A stretch of 64,000 bases of DNA, taken from NCBI GenBank assembly GCA_904063045.1, contig CAJFCJ010000024.1, forward strand, positions 496,001 to 560,000, given 5' to 3'. The translations under genes were made by a program, and so were the position numbers. Origin of the DNA: Dimorphilus gyrociliatus. Its lineage: Eukaryota; Animalia; Annelida. The notes under the pieces are model-generated. The model made no database searches. It saw nothing but the letters and a program-made list of their open reading frames with translations, and was not told the origin of the DNA. Shown here one piece after another: positions 12,461-26,300 of this stretch (positions are counted from its first letter, which is position 1; each line of letters begins with the position of its first letter).

Positions 12461-12686
12461 GAAGAAGATGGTGGTGGTGAAAAATATTTCGGGAGGGTCT
12501 TTCGTTCGTGATGCATTCGGATATTTTAATCTTCTCTTGTATATACTAATATACTCGATCTGAGATGGGTAGGTATACGATTTTCCTATACGACGTCTAG
12601 AAGACATCTTTCCTTATTGTGCCATCTGTTTTTGCGTGTCAACTATACATTTTGTACAGTATATATGTATAGTGTAATCTTTGATA

Positions 12687-12701
12687 GTGCTAGATGGCGT
12701 A
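12687..12701 (+). promoter_or_regulatory. CTCF-like motif
   Basis: GTGCTAGATGGCGTA, followed by an ETS-like GCGGAAGT. Confidence 0.4.
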
Positions 12702-13742
12702 GCGGAAGTCGAATATCTATTTATCTGTGATCCACTAATTGGATAGCAAGTTTATTAGGAGAATGTCGTATACGGCTTTTGTCGTATAAGTTTTCATCAT
12801 ATTTTATCGAAATGACACCGAAAAAATATTGTAATCTTACGAAAATGTTAACGATTTTACGTGTAATACAGTCGGTTTATGTTCCAGTAAAAAGAGAAAA
12901 ATGACAAAAAAACTAATATTCTCTCGACTTTTATTTCTTCCAATTAATCTATTACTAAAGCCATTTAATATATTCCTACGTAAAGGATGAATTTAATTAA
13001 AGCTTACGGTTTTAAAACGTGTCCGAATATTCGCTTATTTTATTAAGCTTATGCATTTTATAATCTACAAAAAGTATGTTATTAAAATTGTCGTTATGGC
13101 TTTGCTTTCTCATTCCTGAAATGGAGAGTAATATATATATATATATACAGTATATATATATATAAATTTATATATATATATATATACAGTATATATATAA
13201 TATATTCATATAGATTTGTGGCTAAAACATCTGTAAAAGGGGCTAAATATATTAATCTAAAATACGAAAATAATCTTCTACTAAATGCAGACTTGTACTG
13301 GGATAAAAGATAAATGGACATCTATTTTAAAATATATTAATTATTATTCATAATTATTTTACAAATTCAGAATACAATTTGTATTAAGAATATTTCGTTT
13401 CTTTGTTTTAAACCATGACTGATGGATTTGTAAGGATGGGGAGTAGGTTGTAGAAAGAAAAGAGACTGCATAAAAAGAAAGAGGGAGGGGAAGAGAAGAG
13501 AAGAAGAGAGGCGGGGGAAAAACTAAGGGGGTACGGCAGCAAAATGGAATCATATGTAAAAAAAAGTAAGAACGAATCGTTGTATTCGATAATAAAAATC
13601 TTTTGTGTAATTAATAATTTATTTTTCCGATATCTTTTTTCATTGCGTAACCCTCTGCAAATCCTTCATACTCAAGGATATCTTCTCCCCGCATAAGATG
13701 TCACTGGTGAGTTGACGCTACATTCTCAACCAATATTACTAC

Positions 13743-13758
13743 TAGCGCCATCTCTTAT
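13743..13758 (-). promoter_or_regulatory. CTCF-like motif
   Basis: Minus strand reads ATAAGAGATGGCGCTA; a weaker copy CATAAGATGTCACT lies at ~13692. Confidence 0.4.
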
Positions 13759-14144
13759 CTGGTTAAACAGTTGATTTTAATATTATCTATGTGTGGTATC
13801 GATTCTACTACAACATCAAGAGTAGTAATAAATCTTTCAGAATAAGATGAATTTTTAGAAACTTTTATTATCGAGTAGGTTTCTTGACAACGGATTATTT
13901 ATATCCAAATTCAACAGGTCATTGGCATTTAAATATTGGTTGAATAAACTTTCAACATACAGCAAAATAGTAAAGTCAAAGTTAAATTTATTATTGAATA
14001 TAAATGATTTTCAACATCGAACATTAATCGATATAGACACGAAAACTTAAAAAAATAGTCTTTAAAGAATAAATAAAAATAATTTCATTATTCTACGCCT
14101 AATATCCTTTTTAAAGTGCAAAATATGTTCCAAGAGGTAAATAG

Positions 14145-14189
14145 GAGAGAAAAGAGAGACAGAGAGAGACAGAGAGAGAGAGAGAGAGA
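14145..14189. repeat. (GA)n/(GACA) microsatellite
   Basis: Directly visible. Confidence 0.9.
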
Positions 14190-14559
14190 ATGATAAATGC
14201 AAGGACAACACTATTAGAATTTCACTGAAGTTTATTGAACAAAAGAAGTCAACGTTACAGTCAATACTTTACGTTTTGCTGTACTTGATGAGAAATTTGA
14301 TGCGACAACAGTTGAATATAAAATATATGAATCTAATGAATTAAAATTAATTAACTAGTACAAATTAGAACTTTATATGAAGAATATAAATGATATAAAT
14401 TTCACGATTTAAACATATCTTTAATATTATAGAGATGACTCCTTTCTGAATTAATTTCCAAAAATATTACAATCATTAATTTCCTTTGTATTTACTTATA
14501 TCATGACAATATAATGATAAACATTTTTTTATGAGCTATTAGACAAAAATATATTAAAC

Positions 14560-16130
14560 AACCACCAGTTTCTATCTGCAATATTGCTTTAAAATATTAA
14601 ATATTACAAATTTTCAACAGCAAACTTAGGCCCATTTAACAAAAGAGAGAAAAAAACGAACTGCCAATCTGTATTGATAACTTAATTTAATGTACAACAT
14701 TTATGCTGACCATTCTTTACATTAACAGTTGTGTAAATTCATTAAGACCTGTAATATTTATAGTATTAATTTCTCTCATATTCAAGCTATGTTAATATGG
14801 AATCCAGTTAGAAACATTACATAAAATGTTCTAAATTTTCTATACTTATATGACATATCTGTTAATTGATAGAAAAAAGCAAGGCGTGGCATTATATCTT
14901 GCTTTCTCTAAGTCCATAATAACACGCTTACATAAAATCTAGGACAAACCGTCGCTGTTGATACGCTTTCCACTTAGGCACGAGCAAATCTATAAATAGG
15001 ATATATATGAGGTGGGCTAATCACTTTTCAGGAAAAAGTTATGATAGTAAACTTAAGTAATATACGATTTACTTTGATTATACTTTATATTGAGGCAGAC
15101 AAGATATATATTTATAAAGTTTACTAAAATACATCAAACTACACTTTTTTTTAACTAATTCTTTCAAGTAGACCTTTGCATAATAATCTAATTTTCTTTT
15201 ATTGGTCAGTAAACCTCTCTTGTTTTTGTCAACATTTGATAGAATTAACTTGTATTTATTTAGGGAAATATACTGGAAATTTTATTAGAATTATGTATAA
15301 AAACAAACAATCCATTTAACTTAATAGAAGCTTTATTATAGTGAAATGTTGGAACATCTTACTCAATGAATATAAAGGAAACTGGAGCTTATATAATGTC
15401 AATTGATAATATTTTAATCCTTTTAGGTTTTCTAATCTTCTTCATTAATTATTCTTATTAAGATATCAGAATTCGTAAGAGCTTGGGCTTCTATCTAAGA
15501 ATAAACAGTAATTTAGCACATTTCTCCTTTCAATTCGTAAACTGCTTTACCTTTGATAATACAGCTGAATAAATGGGACAGTAAGAAAAAGAAGTGTATA
15601 GCATACAATAGTAATTAATAAGTTACTTTATTCCGACAATGTCCGGCTCTTTTGGAAAAACTTTACCTCTTCAAATTATAAAAATATCCATAAATATGGA
15701 ATGACGTCTGTTATAAGCTATTTTTAGTCGAATTTGCAATAGTTGAAACATTTTCACTTAATGAAAATGCCATGGATAATTAGTATTTGGGTTGCAAAGG
15801 TTTTCCCTAAGGTTTTGTCATCATTTACTATTCTTTTGTTTGCCATCGAAATACATTTACTAGTTAAATTTCTGAAAATGAGATGAAATCTTCCTGGAAT
15901 TTCAGCTTAATAATTAGTTCTTCAAAAGAGATAGATTAATCAGTTATTCAACAACTTCTATAATAACTGCATTACGTTACTTAATATAGGCTGTGGGAAT
16001 TTCATTTTGGGAAAATGAAACATTGAAGTTTTCCAAACCAATCCAAACTGTCAATAGTTTACCAATTGCGAACTATTTTCATTTCTGTTGTCCCATATAA
16101 GCCTTATATGGCTACAACATGAGTTTTATT
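14560..16130 (-). mobile_element. Possible heavily decayed non-LTR retrotransposon (LINE ORF2) remnant
   Basis: Stop-riddled minus-strand fragments in the expected order: endonuclease-like HVVAI*GLYGTTEMKIVRNW (~16120-16060), RT-like FIDL..KAY (~14995-14965) and YYGLRE, then GP...IADR (~14633-14570). Matched by eye only. Confidence 0.25.
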
Positions 16131-17032
16131 CTTCTGAATTTATTCTATGATAATGATTGCAATAACGGAATATTATTATATTTCACTTAATGGTAGGTTT
16201 CTTTTTAGACGGTACTGTATGTTTATTTGAAGAACAGACTTGAAAAACTAATAATTATTTAAATTTAGTAGTAATTGGTATAAGAATGAAATAATTAATG
16301 TAATTAGTATAAAACATTCTAATTAATTAGAAAAGTTACTGTTTTATTCTTTATTTACTAGTTTTATACTGTAAAAAGAAATAAAAAAAATCACCAAACG
16401 ATCTTTATTTAGATAAACTGCACTGACATGCATATATGAAAACTATAGTCTAGATATACCATAATTATAAAAATAACTCTATACAAACAATCTATAAAGA
16501 CTTTTTTAAAATACAAAGGTAAATCATTAATTAAATCACTTTCATTTGTTTTCACTAAACGCCACTACATTAGATAATAATTGAGAACAAAATTGAGAAA
16601 AAGGTGTCTTCGTAAAAATTTATAGTGATATTTATTCAAAGGAGAAGAGTCCGCCTAGATAATAAATTACTGTTTAACATAAAAGTTCCATTAATCTATT
16701 CTTTTACTAAATAAAATTTTGTACTATATTTTTATATTCGTATACATTATTTTAATATAATTATATTAATAAGTTAATAGATATATAACTAAATTTCCGC
16801 CATTTTTTATTTTTGAATAGATAATAGTAAATTAATAGATTTTTATGCAATTTCCTTTTTCATTTTTCTATTATTAAGTTAGAAAAAAGATATACATTTC
16901 GTATTATAATATTTCTATTTTATTGCTCAATTTGTTTGCTCTGTAAAGGATGTGCATATCGTCATTAAGAATGGAGAGAAGCAGATAGGAAGTACCATTT
17001 AGAGATAGAGAGTGACGATATATAAAAAAAAC

Positions 17033-17035
<3 letters not shown>

Positions 17036-17068
<33 letters not shown>

Positions 17069-17100
17069 TAGATAGACAGATAAATAGAGAGATAGATAGA
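17036..17100. repeat. (GA)n/(GATA)n microsatellite
   Basis: Directly visible. Confidence 0.9.
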
Positions 17101-17293
17101 AAAAGAAGGAGAAAAAAGGATAGTGCGTGTATGTATATATATATATATGTGCGTACCAATCATAAAGTGACTAAAAACTATATACAGTATATACTGTCTA
17201 TATATTCATTTATATATGTATATTTATATATATACATATGTATGTATACGTATATAAATAATTAATATATATTTATACATATGAAAATAGAGG

Positions 17294-17471
17294 ATGAAAC
17301 TTACATATTTCTTTCTTTTCACACTGATTCTAATAGTAATTATACCTTAAATATTGTGTGGAATAATAATATCAATATATATTTCTTTTTCAGGTCATTT
17401 CCTATGGTCTTTTTGTTTCACCTCCAAGAAAGAAATCAAATTTACTAAAAGCCGTTCAAGCTTTACAATTG
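17294..17471 (+). CDS. Candidate small secreted protein; first two exons (17294-17335, 17394-17471), 3' structure unresolved
   Basis: A 58-nt intron (GTAATT...TTTCTTTTTCAG) joins MKLTYFFLFTLILI to VISYGLFVSPPRKKSNLLKAVQALQL in phase 0, giving a classical signal peptide. Next donor is TTG|GTATTT at 17472. Confidence 0.45.
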
Positions 17472-19116
17472 GTATTTATATAATTCAATATACTTGTTTT
17501 AATAAGTTTATCAAATAGCTTACATAGAAATTTAATTAATAATAGAATAGAAAATTTTTTAAAGAAATAGAAGAAGAATAGAAAATGGACCATTCTATTA
17601 TCACATTGTATTAGATGACATCAAGAAAAAGTAATCTTAATCTTGCTAATGTCGTTAACCCGAGTTTGATCAATGCAATAAGCAGATTTCAATTTTATGA
17701 TTAATTTTATGGTGTGTAACGATAAATTGTTTTTTTTTATTTATTTACGTAATTATACCTTGTCAATATTATATGTATATCTATACATATATAGTACACA
17801 TGTGTTATGTATATATGGTATATTTATACATCAATTAGTTAGTAGACTTATGTGCATTGCAAGCAATAGTTGTAGAAACAATACAAAAACAACTGCACGT
17901 ATGTCGTTTTAGCGTAATTTAACGACCACCTTCTTTATTTTTTCTTTTGCATAATCTAGGTCGTGTTGGTACAACTTTTATTGCTTTACAGCTTGATTAA
18001 TAATGAATATATTGTCACCAAACTTCAATGTTATCTCTTTAATCAGCCTGTAAAACTTATGCCACTTTTTTTATTCGACTCTATTTCCTATTAAAACTGA
18101 GTATCTTGTAATTATACTAAAAACATATGGATAGTATATATAATAGTAAAATAATTAAGAATGACTTTTAAACAATGATTTAAATACCAAAAGACAGCTT
18201 CAGTAGGTATGTTTAAATGTATTTTTAATGGATGTATATTTTTTGTAATGTTTAGACATTCTTCTATTCAGTTCGTGTTAATAAATTTATTTACTGTATG
18301 CGAATAAATATTAAATAATACAAGTAATACACTAATCGATTTATACAAGATAGTATTACGTTATTTAATTACGAATAGTTAAATGTTTTTGATAAGAAAC
18401 TGACCTAAAAGCGTGCTAAATTCCTTAATTAAAATTTTTTTTTTTTAATTTTTCCCCTCTTTTCATTTTCATTTAACTTAATTTGAAAGAGTGTCGGTTT
18501 ACTTTAACAGTAGTTACCTCAAAAAGTATTAACTTTCGTCAATTAAACACGCGCTGTATCTTCACAATTTATTTGTAATATAAGAGTTTTAATGTTGTAA
18601 TTAAACGTTAGATGGCATTAGGTAGCTTAGTTTAAAAAAGGCTGCTAAAGTAAAATTTTTCCGAAGCATACTGCTTCTGGAACTTTTAAAGAGTAATGGG
18701 AATAGAAAAGTAATAAGGGTAAATCATTTTCTATTTGCCATGGGATTAATCCAGATTTTGATCTGAATATTACTGTAGGGAGCTAATAAAAGGCAAAAAG
18801 TTTGAAAAATAATTCAGATATTGAGATACAGTTTCTAGATTTCTAGAAAGTAGGCCATGAAATTTCACTAAAATTTATATTAAATGACAAACACGAAAGC
18901 CTTTTGTTTTCGGCTATTGTTCTTAGACAATGGGAAATGAGATATTTTATTATAAACTTTCAAAAACGAGTATGAATAAAGAAATTTCGAAGGAATTTTT
19001 GTTATTGAACTATTTTGCTACTTTATAGCCAATAACCATCGTGTCTTTGTGGTGGAATTTAAGTTAGAGAGTACACACTTCGTAGGCAGTTTGATAAATT
19101 TTCTCTTGCTTTTCCC

Positions 19117-20033
19117 ATGATGAATATTTTCGAAGAAAATGCTCCCCTCTTATCAGCTTATTGGCCTTTTCTGTTTTTACCCTTAGTTGTCTTTACTTTA
19201 TTTTATATTTCAATAATGTTTAGGAAAAGAAGGGGTATTGATGAGGAAAGTATAAATGATATAGGAGACATGGATATTAATGATCAATTAATGCTAAGTA
19301 ATCAAAGTAAAGCTGATAGAATACCGTATAAGTTGCCAAGATGTGATAAAAATGATTTAATTTATAAAACAAAAAGTTTTTATCAAACAATGAACTTAAG
19401 GAGAAGTTGTCGTATGTTTTCGAGTGAGAAAGTTCCGGAGATAGTAATTGAAAATATTATTAAAGCTGCTGGAACAGCTCCAAGTGGTGCTCATACGGAA
19501 CCTTGGACATTTGTTGTAGTTGAAAGACAGGATTTAAAAAAGAAAATAAGAGATATTATTGAAGAAGAGGAGGAAATAAACTATACAAGACGAATGGGAG
19601 AAAAATGGGTTAACGATTTAAAACAGTTTAAAACCGATTGGATAAAACCTTACTTAGAAGAAGCTCCTTACTTAATATTGGTTTTTAAACAGGTTAACTT
19701 TTTTTCCAAGAAGAATTTAACATAAATTATCATAGCTAATAACATGGTCAACAGACTTACGGATTCTGGCCAGACGGAACTAGAAAAGTACATTATTACA
19801 ATGAAATGTCAGTTTCCATTTCGGTAGGTATTTTACTAGCAGCAATATCCAACGCAGGCTTATGTACTGTAACCTCTACGCCTCTTAATGCTGGAACTAG
19901 ATTGCGAGACTTACTTGGTAGGCCTAGTAATGAAAAGTGCGTAATCTTACTACCAGTTGGTTACCCATCAAAGACAGCAACAGTGCCAAACCTAAAGAGG
20001 AAACCATTACAAGATATTTTATTTCGTTGCTAA
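19117..20033 (+). CDS. IYD: Iodotyrosine deiodinase (FMN nitroreductase fold), 284 aa, 2 exons (19117-19692, 19755-20033)
   Basis: N-terminal TM anchor; RRSCRMFS; [14 protein letters not shown]; [13 protein letters not shown]; [19 protein letters not shown] 62-nt intron joins FKQ to [20 protein letters not shown]-terminal TVTSTPLN and [20 protein letters not shown]. Collinear with vertebrate IYD. Confidence 0.96.
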
Positions 20034-21140
20034 AAGAGAACAGACTTAACTATTGGAACAGAAGGTGAAACAGTATAACCAAAAGACGAACATTGTTGGT
20101 TTTTCTTTTTAAAGAATAAATTATTTTACATGAACGAATATAACGGTAAATTGGGGAAAAAATGATAATTTCTATATTACAAAGGAAAAATAAGATAACA
20201 GAGACCTATTATGAGGAAAAGCAAACAAACTGTCTGTTATAGGCTGTAAATTATAGACTATTTACCCTTTATTTATTGACTCTCTCCCATTGTTTTCAAG
20301 TGTTCTATAAGAGCAATTCATTTCTACTCCCTGAAAGCTTTCAACAAGTGTTTAGGGTTATCGTTGATTTTTTTAAAACACTCTAAGCAGGTAAAACATG
20401 AGATTATATTAAGAAAATATTTGATAATATTCTTATAATAATGGATTTTTCACCATATTCAATTTAACTTACATGCTATGTTTTCCTAATTAAAGATAAT
20501 TTAACATAAGCTTAACCGTCTTTAAGTCTATATGCAAATTTATATTGTTGCCTAACTACAAAGTATCTTTAATTATTTAAATAATATTTGTATTTTGTTA
20601 AAAGTTCTTTATAAATATGAATATATTAGTATATATATATACAGTATATATATAGTCTTAACACGTAAATTTGTGTATAACTTCTTCTATTATTTAATAG
20701 TTCTTTTAAAAAAGTAACGGAGGCATAAATGAATATTCTGTACAACTTACTGCAAAAGATCAAAGAAGCTTTTTTATCTAGACTTTTCATAAAATAGTGT
20801 CATAAAATATTCATTGATTTTTCCCCCTTTTGTATTACAACGTTAGATTTCTATTATTATTATTATCATTATTGTTAATATATTATTATTATCGGTATTC
20901 TTAATATGTAAAGTAGTTTGTTAATTTCTTTTATATACTTATTAATAAAACTGTATTTCATAGTTGAACAGGTATTTTTCTTTTTTAGTGTTTGTTTTTA
21001 TAAGGCAATAATAGAAAAAATATAAGCAAAAAAGTATGACGTAAAAAGTTTTAAACCGCACATTTTCTTATTGATCATAGACAGAGAAGGATTAGATTAA
21101 TCTTAAACTATGCATTGTTATTTTGCAAAAGCACCTTAAC

Positions 21141-23056
21141 ATGGATAGAAACCCTGTTCAGTACGAAGGTAATAACTTGAATTATAATATTTTGTTTTAT
21201 ATAATTTAGATATACTAAATACGCATACAAGTATAAGACATATATATTTGTATGTTATAAATTTTACTTAATTGATTGTTAATAGTCTTCCACAAAGTAC
21301 TCTTTAAACTTAATCTCTATTCCCCTAGGTAATTATCTCATTCTTGATGAACCAGAAACAAACCGGGGGGTTCAGGAGACTTACTCTTCTCAATCTGATT
21401 GTTCGAAGAGACCTTCGTTTTTTGAACGTCTTACAGCTGTTAGAAATCACAAATGTGACGTTTCTTTGGGGTTGAAGCACGCCGAAATTGAATCGGCAAG
21501 AGAGAAATCGATGAAATCCTTACAAGATCGTCTACATAGGATCAATTACGATTTAAGATCTCTACAGGTAGCAACTAAGGTCAATGAAATGAAAACGATA
21601 AAGGAGAAGGATCCGAAAGCTGATTTAATAGAAGATGAAAAATTAATTGCTCAGTCCATGAAATATTTGGATTTTAATCCAAATAATGTATATTATTTAA
21701 GCAAGACCCTAAAAATACCTATAAGAACAGTACTGGATACGTCTACCATTTCACCTCAAGTTGCTAAAGCTAGAAATGCCCTCCGTATGGTAGAGTTAGA
21801 GGAACAATTAAGGTACATTTATCAACAATTTTAGTAACTTTCATTAACGAGGACAAGTTATATTTCAAATTTATTTTCTTTAATTCCTATTTGTTCTTTA
21901 ATCTATTTGCGCTGTTAGTTAAATAATATAATCCAAGTTTATCTTCTTAAAAGCCTATCCGTTAGGATTTATTGCTCAACTTATTTTTCATAGTTTACTG
22001 CCTGTGTAACTTTATAATTATACATTTGACGCTTTAATGATAGCTATGTTTACTCTAAAATATAGGGAAATTAAGGAGAGACTAATGGCTCAAGCGGAAA
22101 TAAAACGACGTTTAGAATTAAATGATCAAGAAGAGGAAGAGGAGGCGGATAAACTGCCAGAAATTGCAGTGAAAACAAATGAATCTAGACAGGAAATTGA
22201 CAAACTTACGATGTTCAATTTACCAAGTCTAATTGAGGTTGAGGAGCCTTCAAATTCTCCCCCTAGACCCTATCGAATGCATACTACGATTGTTGCTGAA
22301 CCATTTAATCTAAATCTACCGAAATTAGAAAAGTCGCACACAATTATAGGTTTATTACAAGAGTATGGAGAGCAGAAGGCTCTGGACGAAAGTAGCGACG
22401 ACGAAAGAGGAACACCAGATCCACAAGCACCAACCGATAGATCTGAAATTTATGATAAATTAAAATCCGCTGGTATAGTACCACAAGAAAAGCATGTTGT
22501 TCCCAAAAAACACTTTAAGAAAAGGCAAAGCAGATCGTCAAGAAGGCCTTCTAGTATGCTTAGCTCTTTCAAAGAGAGACCAACAGCTCATTCAATTAAA
22601 AGAAATGAACAAGTAATCATACAGAACAAAGTAGATACTTTCTTTATGCATTTAGAAAGGTCAACTGGTACTAGTTGGTCGAGACGCATTGTTATAGATG
22701 AGGAAAAGAAAGGGGCTCCCATATCAAATCGTAAAGAGGAAAAGAAAGGTAAGAAACAGTTGCAATCTTTGGCAAAATTAACAGCTCAAGTAAATGGAGA
22801 GCAAAAGCAAAAGAAAAGAGAAAAACTATCGACGAGTGTCATTGAACGTCTCTTGTCTATAGGAGCGAAAGTAAAGAATATTCCACAGGGTTATCCTTCT
22901 AATTGTGCTGCTAGGAGTAATCGACATAGCGCAACCTTTAAATTAAGAAAACTAGTAAAAGAGATGCTGGCTAACAAAACAACTTTTGAGGAAATGAAAT
23001 ATAACGAAGCTAAAGAAGGTTTACTACCAGATTTAAAGAAGAATATAATGTTTTAA
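21141..23056 (+). CDS. Uncharacterised 500-aa protein with coiled-coil and charged low-complexity segments, 3 exons (21141-21168, 21329-21812, 22066-23056)
   Basis: Two ORF-track fragments join in frame through GT-AG introns 21169-21328 (phase 1) and 21813-22065 (phase 2); 1503 nt in total. No family recognised. Confidence 0.75.
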
Positions 23057-23347
23057 AATTGATTACCATTTGATTATATAAGAATTCATTAGAACTAAAG
23101 TGTTAATTTACCATTTTTATTGAAATTGATTAAAACTCTCTTTTTTTCTCATTTTTTTTTTCAAAAAAAAATATATAAGAATAATAAAAGAATCAAATTT
23201 TTTGTTCTGCATGTAAGAAGTTTCTCTCTTTTAGCATAGCTTTAAAAAATACAGTAGTGTATGGTTTGATGTATAAACGGTGTATACATACTTTCTTGTA
23301 TATACCGCTTATACAAAAATATTTAGGTTAAATAATATTTCTATTTT

Positions 23348-26300
23348 TTAAACGTAACCTCCCACACCCCTACTAATATCAGAACTTTCTCTGTCATCCC
23401 TGACCTCATCGCTATACCTATCAACTGATGGTTTTGTTTTGGTACCATTCATTAAGGATGCTGTCTGCTCTGGCATTGAATTCGCCGTTGAGGTTCTTGG
23501 TAAGCCATGCGATGATTTTACTCTTACGTTTGTTACTACTTGGGCGTGTTCACTATGTATCGAAGATATTCGGTGAAGAGATCTTTGACGACTAGCTTTC
23601 GGTGCAACGGTACAACCTGCTTGCTCTTCTTCTTCGGGTTCAACTGCAGAGGCAGGATCGTCTAAACACGGTACTATTAAATTATCCTTCTCCAAACGTT
23701 TTAAAATCTCGCACGCGGACGGTCTATCCTCCGAAGCATATGCCCAACATTCATGTAATAGATTAAGAAGCTCCTGGGGAAAATTTGAAGGAACACAGAG
23801 AGTATTGCCGCATTGGATGTGGTCTATAACTTGTTTATTATTCATCCCTTGAAAAGGATAAGAACCGAAAGTTGCTATCTCAAATATAACGACTCCTAAA
23901 CTCCAAACATCTGATTTACTTGTAAAGATTCCTTCGGTTAAAGATTCAGGAGGCATCCACCGAACTGGAAGCATGGCTCTACGACTGAATCTATAATAAC
24001 CCTGATCAAAAATCGGTCTTGTCATACCGAAATCAGATAATTTTACAGTTAAATTTTCATGCACCAAACAGTTTCGGCAAGCAATGTCCCGATGGACATA
24101 AAGATTTCTAGCTAGATAGTCAACTCCCCGACAGATGTCTCTTGCCATCTTGTTAAGCCTTTCGGTGCTTACTTCTTCGGCATCTGATTTTCCAACTAGG
24201 TGGCGTCTCGCTAGTAAGAAGGTTTTCAAGTCACCGTGAAGCATGCACTCCATGGCCACTAGGACAGGTTCTCCTCTTGTGCAGACGCCAATTAGTTTAA
24301 TTATATTATCATGATTGAATCGCTTCATTAATTCGGCTTCGCTGAGAAAATCTATTTTATCTGTTGTTGACGAACCCGGTTTCAAAGTTTTAACGGCGCA
24401 GGCCTGCCAAGAGTTATTGTGATAAGCCTCTCCTCCAAAAACCGTTCCGAAAGCTCCCTGGCCAAGTTTTCTATTATGTACAACACAACTCCTATCCATT
24501 TCCCATTGATCTAAACTTAACCAATTAACATCACTTAATATGCCCAGTTCTTTCATTCTATCTTGTGTCGCTTTCACCTTCTTTTCATATCGATTTCTTA
24601 CAATCATAATAACAACCAATAAAAATAAAACAAAGGCAAAAACTGCTAGGATGTTAAGAATAGTCAAGGCAACGCTACATTCGACGCCCAAGAAGGCTCT
24701 AAATGGTTCGATGGTGCAATATTCCTCTTTAGGAATACTATCTCTAGGAACTGTTCCACTTTTCCATTCGATATCTTTAATATCTGTATGATTCAACTTG
24801 ACAATCGTTTTATTTGAATCACTATCATAGCCAAAAACTCCAGTTTTTGAGAAAGAGCAGCTATATTTAAATTTAGATGATGTGCAGTTCTGATATTTCG
24901 AATGAGAAAATTGCAGTAGAACTGAAACTCCTACTCTATGATTATTTAAGAACTTGATGGGCCCAGATACTCCCTTTATGTTGATGGAATTTACATATTT
25001 TACTAATCTGAAAAGAAGTAGTTAGAAGTAAGGGAGAAAGAGTAGTAATAGTAAAAGATTAATATACAGTATATTAGATGTATTAATATATTTACCTCTT
25101 TCTTTCTTTTCTTATATAAAATCCTAAATTTTCAGTAGCATTTACCAGAAATTGGTCAAGAGCAGTCGCTATTACCCATATAGCGTCATAGCTTTCATAA
25201 GCCATATCATTCTCCAAGTCGTCTTTAAGTGACTTTCCCGAATAATTTTTACATTGGCTTATTGATTTTTTCCAATCTTCCCAACTTAGATCATCAACAT
25301 CCACAGCATTATTTGAATTGGATTCACCGGTAGTATTCTTCCATCTGGATTCTTCCGAAGGTTGTCTTTTCACTAGAAAAACACCGTCTAAGGCTTCGGA
25401 TAAATCTTCAATGGAGCATTTCGAAATATTATTCATTTTGATAGAAGTAAAATTCAAATGAATCCATGCAGGCAGAAACCAAACATATCCTTCTCTGCTT
25501 GTTAATTTCTAACATAGAAGAAAAAATTGTATAAAGAGAATAGGATAACTATAGGTAAATGCATATGTGATGACAAACCTGAGAACGAGCGTAGCACATA
25601 ACTCTAATTATTAAATTTTCATATGCGCTTAATATAATTATTTTCAGTCCAGATTCTTTTAGCTTGTCAATATACTTAAAAAAATGATAAAAAGAGGTGA
25701 GAAGGTAGAAAGTTATTATAACATTAGTACTGTCTAATCGATAATCATTCATTTATAAAGTAATATTCAACTGTTTGCTAAATGATCGGTAAAAGTATAA
25801 AGATTATTTTAATCAGTATCATCTTATGAATCTTGCTTAAGACTTTTTTACTACTAGTACACAAATATTTATTGTATTAATTTCAGAGAGAAACAGTAAT
25901 CCCTCTAAAGAATAGACAAATGTAAACATCTGTTTTGTTTTCTTCTTTTATAAATGAATGAATGAAATTTGCAAAATATAAAATATAAGATTTAGATTAT
26001 TGTACCTTTTCAACAGAAGCAACGTTTTCAGGTATCTGACTTTGAAAACCAACCTCAATGTCATTTTGTTCGATTGTCTGTCTCAAAGACGTATGATAAG
26101 TGGGCACATTATTGGCATTTTCGCCAAGAAGAGCAACTTTCGTCCAGTTATATTTTCTAAATATATAAACGTAAACCTCCCTGTTATAAATAATTAAAAC
26201 AATAAACATCTACGCATATATTATATGTATTATATAATATAATAAAAATAGACTTTGTTTTTATTAAAGTATTATTGTTTGTGTAAATGCAGCAAGAAAT

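Noticed and set aside
12489-12510. TCGGGAGGGTCTTTCGTTCGTG resembles miR-278
   Set aside because: Seed differs and there is no complementary arm to form a pre-miRNA hairpin.
13615-13698. Short minus-strand ORF MRGEDILEYEGFAEGYAMKKDIGKINY
   Set aside because: 27 codons, no convincing splice partner, and it overlaps a promoter-like patch.
17960-18000. GRVGTTFIAL resembles the PTP signature GVGRTGTFIAL
   Set aside because: No in-frame HCxAG and no other phosphatase motifs nearby.
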